A stretch of DNA of 64,000 bases from an uncultured Planctomycetota bacterium (GTDB lineage Bacteria > Planctomycetota > Phycisphaerae > SM23-33). This document shows positions 9,663 to 19,054 of the stretch, piece after piece (position 1 is the stretch's first letter; each line of letters starts with the position of its first letter). The translations under genes and the position numbers were made by a program. A model generated the notes under the pieces. It worked only from the letters and a program-made list of their open reading frames with translations, was not told the origin of the DNA and searched no databases. The stretch spans positions 1,347 to 65,346 of the forward strand of contig CAITIS010000067.1 of NCBI GenBank assembly GCA_903892515.1. Direction: 5' to 3'.

Positions 9663-11528
9663 ATGACCCAGTACGCTGAGTTGTTCGCCTCGAAGCTGGA
9701 CAAGATCAGTCTCGAAAAGCTGCTGGCGTTGAAGAACGCCAAGCTCGAATCATTCCTGGCCGACGCCATTGAACTCTGCCAGCCCGCCAAGGTGGTAGTC
9801 TTCGACGACTCCCAGGCCGATATTGCGCGAATTCGCCAGTTGGCGTTGGAGAATCACGAAGAGGCCCCGCTCAGCACGCCCGGCCACACGATCCACTTCG
9901 ACAGCGCCAGCGACCTGGCCCGCGACCCCAAGGCCACCAAGTACCTGCTGCCTCCCGGCGTGACGCTGGGCAAGAGCCTCAACGCCACCGGCCGAGAGGA
10001 AGGCCTGGCTGAAATCCGCGGCTATCTCAAGGGCAGCATGAAGGATCGCACGATGATCCTGTGCTTCCTGAGCCTGGGCCCGACCGAGTCGCAGTTCTCC
10101 ATCCCGTGCGCCCAGATCACCGATTCGGGCTACGTCGCCCACAGCGAAATGCTGCTCTACCGCCCCGGCTACGCGCAGTTCCGGCGGATTTCCGGCAGCG
10201 GCGATTTCTTCCGCTTCCTGCACAGTGCCGGCCGGGTCGGGCCTGACCTGACCAGCATCGACCACGACAAGCGCCGCATCTACATCGACATCGCCGAGGA
10301 CATGGTCTACACCGTCAACACGCAGTACGCCGGCAACACGGTGGGCCTGAAGAAGCTGGCCTTGCGTCTGGCCATTCGCAAAGCCGACCGGGAAGGCTGG
10401 CTGGCTGAGCACATGTTCCTGATGGGCGTCAAGGGCCCCAATGGCCGGAAGACGTACTTCTCCGGTGCGTACCCTTCGGCCTGCGGCAAGACCTCCACGG
10501 CCATGGTTCCGGGCGAAACAATCATTGGCGACGACCTGGCCTACTTCAAGATCATCGACGGTCAGATTCGCGCCGCCAACGTGGAAAAGGGCATCTTCGG
10601 CATCGTCGAGGACGTCAACGCCAAAGACGACCCGGTGATCTGGAACGTCCTGAACAACCCCGGCGAGGTGATCTTCTCCAACGTGCTGGTCAAGGACGGC
10701 AAGCCGTACTGGGCCGGCATGGGCGTGCCGACGCCGACCGAAGGCAAGAACAGCCACGGCCAGTGGACGCAGGGCAAGATTGGCCCCAACGGCAAAGTCA
10801 TCCCGATTTCCGACAAGAACGCCCGCTACACGATCTCGCTGAGCTACCTGGCCAACCTGGACGAGCAGGCCAATAACCCCAAGGGCGTGGCGATCGAGGG
10901 CATCTTCTACGGCGGACGCGACAGCGACACGTGGGTGCCGGTGCAGGAGAGCTTCGACTGGGCTCACGGCATCGTCTGCTACGGCGCGTCGCTGGAGAGC
11001 GAAAGCACCGGCGCCACGATTGGCGCCACCGGCGTTCGCAACTTCGACGTGATGAGCATTCTGCAGTTCCTGGCCATTCCGGTGGGCAAGTACGTGCAGA
11101 ACAACCTCGACTTCGGCAAGACGGTCAAGCGGCCAAGGATCTTCGCGACGAATTACTTCCTCAAGAACAAGCAAGGCCAGTACCTCAACGGCAAGCTGGA
11201 CAAGTCCGTGTGGATCAAGTGGGCGGAGATGCGCGTGCATGGCGACGCCGATGCCATCGAGGGCCCGACCGGCAATCTGCCCAAGTACGAAGACCTGGCC
11301 AAGCTGTTCAAGCAGGTTCTCAAGAAGGATTACACTAGGCAGCAGTACGTCGAGCAGTTCACGGTGCGGATCCCAGAGAACCTGGCCAAGCTCGACCGCA
11401 TCGAGAAGGTATACCGCGAGATCACTGACACGCCGGCGGAGGTCTTCAAGAACCTGTCGGCTCAGCGGCAGCGGCTGCTGGAATTGCAGAAGGCCAAGGG
11501 CGACCACGTCAGCCCGATGGACCTGTAA
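9663..11528 (+). CDS. pckG: Phosphoenolpyruvate carboxykinase (GTP)
   Basis: YAGNTVGLKK, WLAEHM, YPSACGKTS, GDD, YGGRD; AGGAG RBS. Confidence 0.93.
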   Translation: MTQYAELFASKLDKISLEKLLALKNAKLESFLADAIELCQPAKVVVFDDSQADIARIRQLALENHEEAPLSTPGHTIHFDSASDLARDPKATKYLLPPGVTLGKSLNATGREEGLAEIRGYLKGSMKDRTMILCFLSLGPTESQFSIPCAQITDSGYVAHSEMLLYRPGYAQFRRISGSGDFFRFLHSAGRVGPDLTSIDHDKRRIYIDIAEDMVYTVNTQYAGNTVGLKKLALRLAIRKADREGWLAEHMFLMGVKGPNGRKTYFSGAYPSACGKTSTAMVPGETIIGDDLAYFKIIDGQIRAANVEKGIFGIVEDVNAKDDPVIWNVLNNPGEVIFSNVLVKDGKPYWAGMGVPTPTEGKNSHGQWTQGKIGPNGKVIPISDKNARYTISLSYLANLDEQANNPKGVAIEGIFYGGRDSDTWVPVQESFDWAHGIVCYGASLESESTGATIGATGVRNFDVMSILQFLAIPVGKYVQNNLDFGKTVKRPRIFATNYFLKNKQGQYLNGKLDKSVWIKWAEMRVHGDADAIEGPTGNLPKYEDLAKLFKQVLKKDYTRQQYVEQFTVRIPENLAKLDRIEKVYREITDTPAEVFKNLSAQRQRLLELQKAKGDHVSPMDL

Positions 11529-11544
11529 AAACCACTACGAAGAA

Positions 11545-11580
11545 ACGCGGCGGCTCGATGTGAGCCGCCGCGTCTTTCTA
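11545..11580. terminator. Intrinsic terminator, probably bidirectional
   Basis: acgcggcggctc-gatgt-gagccgccgcgt followed by ctttct, between convergent genes. Confidence 0.8.
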
Positions 11581-11610
11581 ACTACTTCGCGCACTTCTTG
11601 CTTGCCAGAA

Positions 11611-14109
11611 TCAGTCGTCTCTACTGCCCGATGATCGGCCGCTTCCCGTGCCCGTCCCGCCGCCTGCTGCGGATGACCCCAGTGCCGTTGCGATGGCCTG
11701 GGCCTGGGTCGAAGTCAGCGAGATGCCCCTCATGGCCGATACGCTGCTGATGGCCGAAGTGATCTGCGACGCGCTGCTTCCGCGCACGCTCGATGACGCC
11801 AGAGCACGGTGACAGGAGGCACAGGTGCTCGCATACAGGCTGGCACCGTCAGTGGTTGTTGTTCCGCCGCCAGTGGTGCCGCCGCCAGTCGTTCCGCCAC
11901 CCGTGCTGGACGTTCCCAGTGCGGTTGCGATGGCCTGGACTTGCGCCGCGGTCAGCGAGGAAAGGCTCCTCATGCCCGAGACGCTGCTGATGGCCGAAGT
12001 GATCTGCGACGCTGTGCGCCCACGCTTGGCGGAGGAAGCCAGCGCCCCGTGACAAGAGGCACAATCACTGGCATACAGCGTGGCCCCGTCGGTGGTTGTC
12101 GTCCCGCCACCAGTGGTCCCGCCGCCCGTGCCGGACGTTCCCAGCGCCGTGGCGATGGCTTGGATTTGCGTCGCGGTCAGCGTCGAAAGGCTCCTCATGC
12201 CCGAGACGCTGCTGATGGCCGAAGTGATCTGCGACGCCGTGCGCCCACGCTTGGCGGAGGAAGCCAGCGCCCCGTGACAAGAGGCACAATCACTGGCATA
12301 CAGCGTGGCCCCGTCGGTGGTTGTCGTTCCGCCACCAGTGGTGCCGCCGCCGGTCGTCCCACTGACGCCAGTGTGGGGTGGCATCTGGCCTACACGTCCG
12401 TCGGTGTGACACACCTGGCAGTGGTTCTGCCCCAGTGGCCGATTCGTGCCCTGTAGCGCCATGACCTGCTGATTGTCAACGGCCTGCATCGAAGGATACC
12501 ACGAGTGCGGGCTGTTGTGGCAGGCCGCACAGTGCAGACCGCCGTGCCCGGTGGCCTGGCGGAAGAGTTGCGTGCCCGTGTCGAACTGGCTGCCGTGGCA
12601 CTGAGAGCACTTGGGCTCTTGCAGCCACGCTTGCCGGCCATTCTTCAGGCCCGTGGCCATAGCCGTCAGATCGCCGTGACAGGTATCGCACTTGGGATCG
12701 GTGCCCACCGGCCCCATGCCCGGCAGAGTGCTGCGGTTGCACTGGGTCTTGGCGCCGGGATGACAATCGTAGCAGGCCGGCTGGACCGCGATGGTGCTGT
12801 GCTTGTCGTGCATCGACTGCGATAGCGACGGCACGCCGGTCATGCCAGCCATCTTCAGGGCGTTGTCCTGGTGGCACTTGGAGCACAGCACAGGCCGGCT
12901 GGCCATGAGCGTGGTGCCGTGGGTACGGTCGTGCAGGGTCAGGATGTTCGACTCCACCGTCCCGTTGAGCCCCACTGCTGCCACCGCGCCGGGGGCGTGG
13001 CACTTCTGGCAGTTCATCTCATCGGAGGTGGGAATAACAACCTTGGCCGTGTTGCCGGCGCTGAGTTTGACCGTGGCCACCTGCAATGGATTCCACACCT
13101 TCTGATCGTTGTACGGTGTAATGGGAATTCCGCTGGCCTCGAAGATGCCGCCGGCGATCGGCACGGCCGAGCCGCTGAGCTTGTTGCCCGTCAGGCCCGT
13201 GTCCGGCGCCAGGGCCACGCCAAAGAGCTGCTGGGCGTAAGTCCAGAAGTCAATCTTGTTCGAGGACGTGGTGTTGCCGTCGATGGAATAGGTAACCGTT
13301 ACTCCGCTGGTGATCACCTGCGGCTCGGCCGCCCGCCCGATGACCTGCACATGGAGGTCATTGTACGGCGGCAGAACGCATAGTTCGGCCGAGCGAGAGC
13401 TGAAGCAGTGCATGCCCAGGTCATTCCAGCCGATCATCATGTACGTGCCTGCGGCACCGGTGCTGCCAGTGCCACCTTCGCCGTCATCACTCCCGCTCGT
13501 CGTCCCGCCCGTGCCTGTGCCGCCAGTACCTGTGCTGGCCGTGCCCAAGGCCGTGGCAATAGCTTGGATTTGCGTGGAAGTCAGCGAAAGGTTCCTCATG
13601 GCCGAGATGCTGCTGATGGCCGAAGTGATCTGCGAGGCGGTGCGCCCGCGTTTGGAAGAGGAGGCAATCGCGCCGTGACACGAGGCGCAATCGCTGGCAT
13701 AGAGCGTGGCCCCGTCCGTGGCGGTGGTTCCGCCGCCGGTAGTGCCGCCACCAGTGGTCGTTCCGCCCCCCGTGGTTCCGCCGCCGGTCGTCGTGCCGGA
13801 CGTGCCCAAGGCCGTGGCAATGGCCTGGACTTGCGTGGAGGTCAGCGATGAAAGCCCGCGCATGCCCGAGACGCTGCTGATGGCCGAAGTGATCTGGGAG
13901 GCGCTGCGCCCGCGCTTCGAGGAGGACGCCAGGGCCCCGTGACAAGAGGCACAATCGCTGGCGTACAATGTCGCCCCGTCCGTGGCCGTGGCTCCACCCC
14001 CAGTCGTCCCCCCGCTCTGCTGGGCCGATGCCGTACACGGCCAGCCGATCACCGACCATCCCGCCAGCGCCATCAGCGCCAGCAACATCATCGTTGTCCT
14101 TCTGTTCAT
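11611..14109 (-). CDS. Secreted 12-heme c-type cytochrome: heptaheme core plus five tandem monoheme domains on Gly/Thr linkers
   Basis: Signal peptide; 12 CxxCH (5x CASCH plus CQKCH, CSKCH, CYDCH, CDTCH, CSQCH, CAACH, CQVCH); WNDLGMHC. Confidence 0.9.
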   Translation of the reverse strand: MNRRTTMMLLALMALAGWSVIGWPCTASAQQSGGTTGGGATATDGATLYASDCASCHGALASSSKRGRSASQITSAISSVSGMRGLSSLTSTQVQAIATALGTSGTTTGGGTTGGGTTTGGGTTGGGTTATDGATLYASDCASCHGAIASSSKRGRTASQITSAISSISAMRNLSLTSTQIQAIATALGTASTGTGGTGTGGTTSGSDDGEGGTGSTGAAGTYMMIGWNDLGMHCFSSRSAELCVLPPYNDLHVQVIGRAAEPQVITSGVTVTYSIDGNTTSSNKIDFWTYAQQLFGVALAPDTGLTGNKLSGSAVPIAGGIFEASGIPITPYNDQKVWNPLQVATVKLSAGNTAKVVIPTSDEMNCQKCHAPGAVAAVGLNGTVESNILTLHDRTHGTTLMASRPVLCSKCHQDNALKMAGMTGVPSLSQSMHDKHSTIAVQPACYDCHPGAKTQCNRSTLPGMGPVGTDPKCDTCHGDLTAMATGLKNGRQAWLQEPKCSQCHGSQFDTGTQLFRQATGHGGLHCAACHNSPHSWYPSMQAVDNQQVMALQGTNRPLGQNHCQVCHTDGRVGQMPPHTGVSGTTGGGTTGGGTTTTDGATLYASDCASCHGALASSAKRGRTASQITSAISSVSGMRSLSTLTATQIQAIATALGTSGTGGGTTGGGTTTTDGATLYASDCASCHGALASSAKRGRTASQITSAISSVSGMRSLSSLTAAQVQAIATALGTSSTGGGTTGGGTTGGGTTTTDGASLYASTCASCHRALASSSVRGSSASQITSAISSVSAMRGISLTSTQAQAIATALGSSAAGGGTGTGSGRSSGSRDD

Positions 14110-14456
14110 GACAATTGCCTTTCCATGCATACGTCAATGTTCTGATACACCCCCCTGAAAGGAGGGAAACAATGTCGGGAGACACCTCGTGCGTTCGCGG
14201 CCTGGTGGTCGTCAGATGCATCGCCCTGCGCAGGGATACACATGGCAAGAGCGAAGCGGCCAGCATGAGACAGAGGCACTATCACAGTGTGATATGATAC
14301 GAAACTCCCCGGGGGTCGGATCAAGAAATCCTTCAGGCCCGAGTAGTGCTCGGCCCCGAGGCTTCGGGGACAGAACGCCAGTGGTTGTCCGTCAGAAGAG
14401 CAACGCCGAGACGCTACGTCTATAAGCAGCGCCCCAGAATGCGGTTAGGCCGGAGG

Positions 14457-14723
14457 CTACAGAACCATGACGACCAGGCCGTGGGCCTTGAGGCGGGTAA
14501 ACAGGCCGCGACGGGTCTTCTCGTCGGGCACAATTACTTTCAGCAAGGCTGAACAATACTTCCCGCCTTTGCTGATGTTGGACGCGTCGAGTTCGTACTC
14601 CTTTCCCGCCATCACCTCGGTCACAGCCTGCTCGATGTCGTGCTGGCTGGCGCCGATTATCTTGTATTCCCACAGACAGGGGTAAGTCAGCTCAGGTTTG
14701 TCGTCTTGGCCAAAGGTCATCAT
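14457..14723 (-). CDS. DUF493/YbeD family protein
   Basis: YPCLWEYKIIG, SKGGKY, VVMVL end. Confidence 0.8.
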   Translation of the reverse strand: MMTFGQDDKPELTYPCLWEYKIIGASQHDIEQAVTEVMAGKEYELDASNISKGGKYCSALLKVIVPDEKTRRGLFTRLKAHGLVVMVL

Positions 14724-14795
14724 TGTCTTCCTACGTTGGCTCGTGCGCGCCAGTTGCCATCGCACACGGCCAGATAAGGGCTTATAATCCTACGC

Positions 14796-15944
14796 GTGAG
14801 TTTACAGGACAATGCATTCATGCTCCAGGCCCTGGAGTTGGCGGCAATGGGCCGCGGCGCGGTCGAACCCAACCCGATGGTCGGCGCTGTCATCGTCAGA
14901 GATGGCGCCGTGCTGGGTGAGGGGTTCCATCACCGTTTCGGCGGGCCGCACGCGGAAGTCGAAGCCATCGCCGACGCTCGCCGGGCCGGGCATAACCTGG
15001 CCGGGGCCACCATGTACGTTACGCTGGAGCCCTGCTGCCATTACGGCAAGACGCCGCCCTGCACGCAGGCGGTCATCGCCTCGGGCGTCACCCGCGTGGT
15101 CGTGGCCATGCAGGATCCCGACGAGCGCGTGAGTGGCCAGGGCCTGGCTGAATTGCGCTCCGCCGGCATCGAGGTGGTCGCGGGCGTGCAGGAACAATCG
15201 GCCTGGCGACTGCTGGGGGCCTACATCAAGTTGCGGACAAAGCGTCGCCCCTGGGTCATCTGCAAGTGGGCCCAAAGCCTGGACGGCAAGATCGCCCCCG
15301 CCAGCCGACAGAGCAAGTGGATCACCGGCGAACTGGCCCGAGCGAGAGCCCATCAACTCCGCAGCCAGTGCCAGGGCGTATGCGTCGGTGTGGGAACCGT
15401 CCTGGCCGACGATCCCCTGCTGACCAACCGCAGCGGCGCAGGCCGACAGCCGACGCGGCTGGTGCTAGACGCAAGGCTGCGAACGCCGAGCGAGTCTCAA
15501 CTTCTCCGCACTGCCGGCGAAGTGCCCCTGATCGTGGCCACGGGCCCAGGGGCTTCGCCGGCCCAGGCCGACGCCATCCAACGCGCCGGTGGTGAGGTGC
15601 TAAGACTAAATGAGCAGGCCGGCGAACTTGACCTAGGACAGCTTCTGGATGAACTGGGCCGCCGGCAGTGGACGCGTCTGCTTGTCGAAGGCGGCCAGGC
15701 TGTGCTGCGGTCATTCTTGCGGCAGCAGTTGGCGGATGAACTGGCCATCTTCATTGCCCCGTGCATGATCGGTTCTGACGGGCTGAGCGTCATGGACTGG
15801 CTTCACGCCGAGCAGATGTCGCAGGCACTCCGCCTGCCGCTTGCGGAGACCGAACGACTGGGACCCGACCTGCTGCTGCGATTCCGGTTGGATGTAATTA
15901 GCAGGGATACATGGGATGCACGGGATGAAGAGATTTGTGATTGA
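14796..15944 (+). CDS. ribD: Bifunctional riboflavin deaminase/reductase
   Basis: PNPMVGAV, HAE, TLEPCCH.GKTPPC, SLDGKI, SKWITG, VEGG. Confidence 0.95.
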   Translation: MSLQDNAFMLQALELAAMGRGAVEPNPMVGAVIVRDGAVLGEGFHHRFGGPHAEVEAIADARRAGHNLAGATMYVTLEPCCHYGKTPPCTQAVIASGVTRVVVAMQDPDERVSGQGLAELRSAGIEVVAGVQEQSAWRLLGAYIKLRTKRRPWVICKWAQSLDGKIAPASRQSKWITGELARARAHQLRSQCQGVCVGVGTVLADDPLLTNRSGAGRQPTRLVLDARLRTPSESQLLRTAGEVPLIVATGPGASPAQADAIQRAGGEVLRLNEQAGELDLGQLLDELGRRQWTRLLVEGGQAVLRSFLRQQLADELAIFIAPCMIGSDGLSVMDWLHAEQMSQALRLPLAETERLGPDLLLRFRLDVISRDTWDARDEEICD

Positions 15945-16056
15945 AAGTTTTTGATTGGGGATTGGGCCGCATCAAGCAAGCTCACTGGCGAAACTATCGC
16001 GAACAGCGCTTGCCAATCAACGCTTTCCAATCAAAGATATCCTGCATCCCTGCTGA
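15898..16056. repeat. REP-like inverted repeat (ttagcagggat...atccctgct) overlapping the 3' end of ribD
   Basis: Same family as 56838-56950 and about 1893-1925. Confidence 0.65.
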
Positions 16057-16084
16057 TTGTTGGAACTATGGAAAGGTACTGAGT

Positions 16085-17098
16085 ATGCCGCTTCGACTGG
16101 CGTTTGCGGGATTTCGTCACGGGCACATTCTGAGTCTGTATGGCTTGGCCAAGTCGCATCCGGGCGTTACGGTCGTTGCCGCCTGCGAGGAGCATGCTCC
16201 TTCGCGGGTCGAGCTGGAGACCGCGGGCAAGGTGCAGTTTACGCACGCCACGTACGACGAGATGTTCGCCTCCGAGTTCGACGCCGTGGCCGTGGGCGAC
16301 TACTATGGCCGGCGCGGCGAGATCATCCTGCGCAGCCTGCGCGCCGGCAAGCACGTCATTGCCGATAAGCCCGTCTGTACCAGCCTGAAGGAGCTCGACG
16401 CCATCGCCAAGCTTCTCGGGCAGGAGCATCTCTGCCTGGGCTGCCAACTGAGCCTGCGTGGCGACCGCAACTTCCTGGCCCTGCGCGAGCTGATCCGCTC
16501 CGGCCGGCTGGGCGATATCCACACCGTCAACTTCACCGGCCAGCATCCGCTGTACTTCGGCCAGCGGCCCGTGTGGTACTTCGAGCCCGGCAAGCACGGC
16601 GGAACCATCAACGACATCGGCATCCACGGCATCGACGCCATCGGCTGGCTGACGGGCCGCAAAGTAGTGTCGATCGTCTCAGCTCGCGCCTGGAACGCCC
16701 GGCTGGAACAGGCCGAACAATTCCAGGATGCCGCCCAGTTCATGCTCAAGCTGGACAACAAGGGCGGCGTGCTGGCCGACGTGTCGTATCTCGCGCCGGA
16801 CTCAGTGGGCTACCAGGCCCCGCAGTATTGGCGGTACACCGTTCACGGCACTAATGGCATGGCGGAAGCGAACCTGGCCAGCGAGGGCGTGACCTACGCC
16901 ACGAACGAGAGCGACCAGATGCAGCACCTCCCGCCGGCCCAGCCGACGCCTAGCAGCTACCTGGACAGCTTCCTGGCGGAGATCGCCGGCCAGACCGAGG
17001 GCCTGACGCTGACCACGCAGGAAGTCTTGGAATCCAGCCGGGTGACGCTGCTGGCCCAGCACGCGGCCGACGCGCACATGCACGATTTGAAGGTGTAA
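16085..17098 (+). CDS. Gfo/Idh/MocA family oxidoreductase
   Basis: GKHVIADKP, GGTINDIGIHGID. Confidence 0.88.
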   Translation: MPLRLAFAGFRHGHILSLYGLAKSHPGVTVVAACEEHAPSRVELETAGKVQFTHATYDEMFASEFDAVAVGDYYGRRGEIILRSLRAGKHVIADKPVCTSLKELDAIAKLLGQEHLCLGCQLSLRGDRNFLALRELIRSGRLGDIHTVNFTGQHPLYFGQRPVWYFEPGKHGGTINDIGIHGIDAIGWLTGRKVVSIVSARAWNARLEQAEQFQDAAQFMLKLDNKGGVLADVSYLAPDSVGYQAPQYWRYTVHGTNGMAEANLASEGVTYATNESDQMQHLPPAQPTPSSYLDSFLAEIAGQTEGLTLTTQEVLESSRVTLLAQHAADAHMHDLKV

Positions 17099-17149
17099 AG
17101 AGCTTGGCGACAGGAGCAGGCTTGAAACCATGCTACAGGTGCTGTAACC

Positions 17150-17223
17150 GTAGCACGGGCGTCTCGCCCGTGACCACCTGACGCCGGAATGAAGAAGCTC
17201 GTGGGCGAGACGCCCATGCTACG
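17150..17223. repeat. REP pair gtagcacgggcgtctcgcccgtg ... gtgggcgagacgcccatgctac
   Basis: GTAG-footed inverted palindromes between convergent genes. Confidence 0.75.
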
Positions 17224-17235
17224 TTTGAAACTGCT

Positions 17236-17727
17236 TTAGTACTGTTTCCGGCCCTTGACGCGCTGCATGTCGCGGTCGTGCTCGCGTTTCTGGATGGACT
17301 CCCGTTTGTCGAAGTCACGCTTGCCCGTGGCTGCGGCGATCTCGCACTTGGCCCAGCCATCCTTGAAGTAGATAGCCAGCGGGATCAGCGTGTGCCCCTT
17401 CTGGGCGACGTGCACCTTGAGCTGCTCGATCTGGCGTTTGTGCAGCAGCAGCCGGCGGTCGCGCAGCGGGTCGTGCTGCAACTGCCCCACCGCCTGCGGA
17501 TACACGGCGATATTCGCGCCGCATAAAAAGACTTGGTCGCCCCGCAGCATCGCGTACGCGCCGTCAAGGCTGGCGCTGCTGGAACGCAGGCTTTTGACTT
17601 CCGTGCCGGTTAACTCCATGCCGGCTTCGACTTTCTCAATGATGTGGTAATCGAAGTGCGCGCGGCGATTCCCGATCCGCGGCGTTCGCGGAGCCTGATC
17701 GTCCTGCTTGGCGCTCTTCTTGGCCAT
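17236..17727 (-). CDS. smpB: SsrA-binding protein
   Basis: NRRAHFDY, EAGMELTGTEVKSLR, RRLLLHK, GKRDFDKR. Confidence 0.96.
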   Translation of the reverse strand: MAKKSAKQDDQAPRTPRIGNRRAHFDYHIIEKVEAGMELTGTEVKSLRSSSASLDGAYAMLRGDQVFLCGANIAVYPQAVGQLQHDPLRDRRLLLHKRQIEQLKVHVAQKGHTLIPLAIYFKDGWAKCEIAAATGKRDFDKRESIQKREHDRDMQRVKGRKQY

Positions 17728-17898
17728 GCGGTCATCATACAGCCGATGGGCTCGTCTGCCCAATGGGACTTTGCCGCAACTGGTTTCATAAGCGGCTCAC
17801 GTCCGCTCTCGGACGTGAGCCGCACGATGTCGCGAAATCCACAGCCGAGGGCGGCTGTGCCACGGGAACCACGGGACAAGCCGGTCATGAAACCGGTT

Positions 17899-18294
17899 CT
17901 AATCACATGTCTGTATTTCAATCTTCCTGGTCTTGGCCATCTCCGCCTTGGGTAGATGGATCGTCAGCACGCCGTTGGTGGTGGTGGCGCGGATCTTGTC
18001 GCGATCGATCTCATCGCTCAGGGCAAAGGCGCGGTAGTACGGCCCGGACTCAAATCCCTTGTACGTCGCGGCGAACTCCGGACCCACCGACAGCGGCGTG
18101 GGCTTGGCCTCCAGCGTCAGCACGCCCTTGTCGACCTGGATGGAGACCGAGTCCTTGTTGACGCCGGGGATTTCAGCCACCAGCACCACCTCGTTGGGCA
18201 GTTCATAGATATCGACCAGCGGGCTGAGCGCGCTGCTGTTCGGCTCGGCCGCTGCGCGATTCGTTTCAACCTGTACGGTTCTTTCGTCGGTCAT
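17899..18294 (-). CDS. Hsp20/alpha-crystallin small heat shock protein
   Basis: PLVDIYE, EIPGV, NGVLTIHLPK, RKIEI. Confidence 0.92.
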   Translation of the reverse strand: MTDERTVQVETNRAAAEPNSSALSPLVDIYELPNEVVLVAEIPGVNKDSVSIQVDKGVLTLEAKPTPLSVGPEFAATYKGFESGPYYRAFALSDEIDRDKIRATTTNGVLTIHLPKAEMAKTRKIEIQTCD

Positions 18295-18304
18295 GGCAAT
18301 CTCC

Positions 18305-18748
18305 TTAGCTCGTCTTGACGTCGATCTTGCGTGGCTTGGCCGTGGCAGCCTTGGGCAGATGAATCGTCATGATGCCATCCGCCAGCTTGGCCTGAATCTT
18401 GTCGGCCTCGACTTCGTCAGGCAGCACGATGGTGCGAGTGAACTCGCCGCTGCCACGCTCGCGCCGCACATAGCGGACGTCTTGCTCGTCCGGCGGACGC
18501 TTGACCCCCTTGATCGTGAGCGTCTCGCCGGTGATGGAGATGTCGAAATCCGCAGCGCTCACTCCGGCGGCCTCGCACTGCACGACGATCTCGCCGGGCG
18601 ACTCGTACACGTTGACCGGCGGATACGTGCCGCCGCCCACACGCCGGGCCTCGCCGGACCAAGGCCAGCTCAGCCGCTCCAACTCCCGTTGCAGGCTGCG
18701 CAGCCCCACGAACGGATCGAAACTGGTTCCCAGACGGAATATGGCCAT
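18305..18748 (-). CDS. Hsp20/alpha-crystallin small heat shock protein
   Basis: YPPVNVYE, RRERGSGEFTR, DGIMTIHLPK; AAGGAG RBS. Confidence 0.92.
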   Translation of the reverse strand: MAIFRLGTSFDPFVGLRSLQRELERLSWPWSGEARRVGGGTYPPVNVYESPGEIVVQCEAAGVSAADFDISITGETLTIKGVKRPPDEQDVRYVRRERGSGEFTRTIVLPDEVEADKIQAKLADGIMTIHLPKAATAKPRKIDVKTS

Positions 18749-18996
18749 GTTCGTCTCCTTCCTTGACAAAACATTGTAGGGGTAGGCCAACCAAGCCAGT
18801 TGCAACGGCCATGCCATTGATGGTGAACGATGCACCCTCGTGTCAGTCAAGAAGTTGCGGGCTCATCAGCCGTTGGCCGCCGCTGCCTGTTGATTCCACA
18901 GGCGGTGCCATGGCCTGCAATTATGGCAGGGTCTATGACGATAACACCTATGTTCGGCCACGGCAAGGCCAAACGCATCGTCGCGGAGTGATCGAC

Positions 18997-19013
18997 CCTA
19001 ACAGGTTCCAAAT
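18997..19013 (+). promoter_or_regulatory. Candidate LexA operator CCTAAC-AGGTT-CCAAAT upstream of mrfA-like helicase
   Basis: 15/17 identical to 23939-23955 in the lexA promoter; abuts a TACACT -10-like hexamer. Confidence 0.6.
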
Positions 19014-19054
19014 TACACTTGCATCATCGCCCGGGCGTCCGCAAGATAGCAGCC

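Noticed and set aside
9750..11507. Long antisense ORFs (also 52458-54368, 36384-37367 and others)
   Set aside because: Shadow frames of GC-rich genes with strong codon bias; no motifs.
14110..14456. c-di-GMP-I/GEMM riboswitch upstream of the PgcA-like cytochrome
   Set aside because: No GGCAAA/GACGCAAA-type core found by eye on the minus strand.
17730..17898. tmRNA next to smpB
   Set aside because: Gap too short and occupied by a REP; no tRNA-like ends.
18749..18990. CIRCE operator upstream of the hsp20 pair
   Set aside because: No TTAGCACTC-N9-GAGTGCTAA match.
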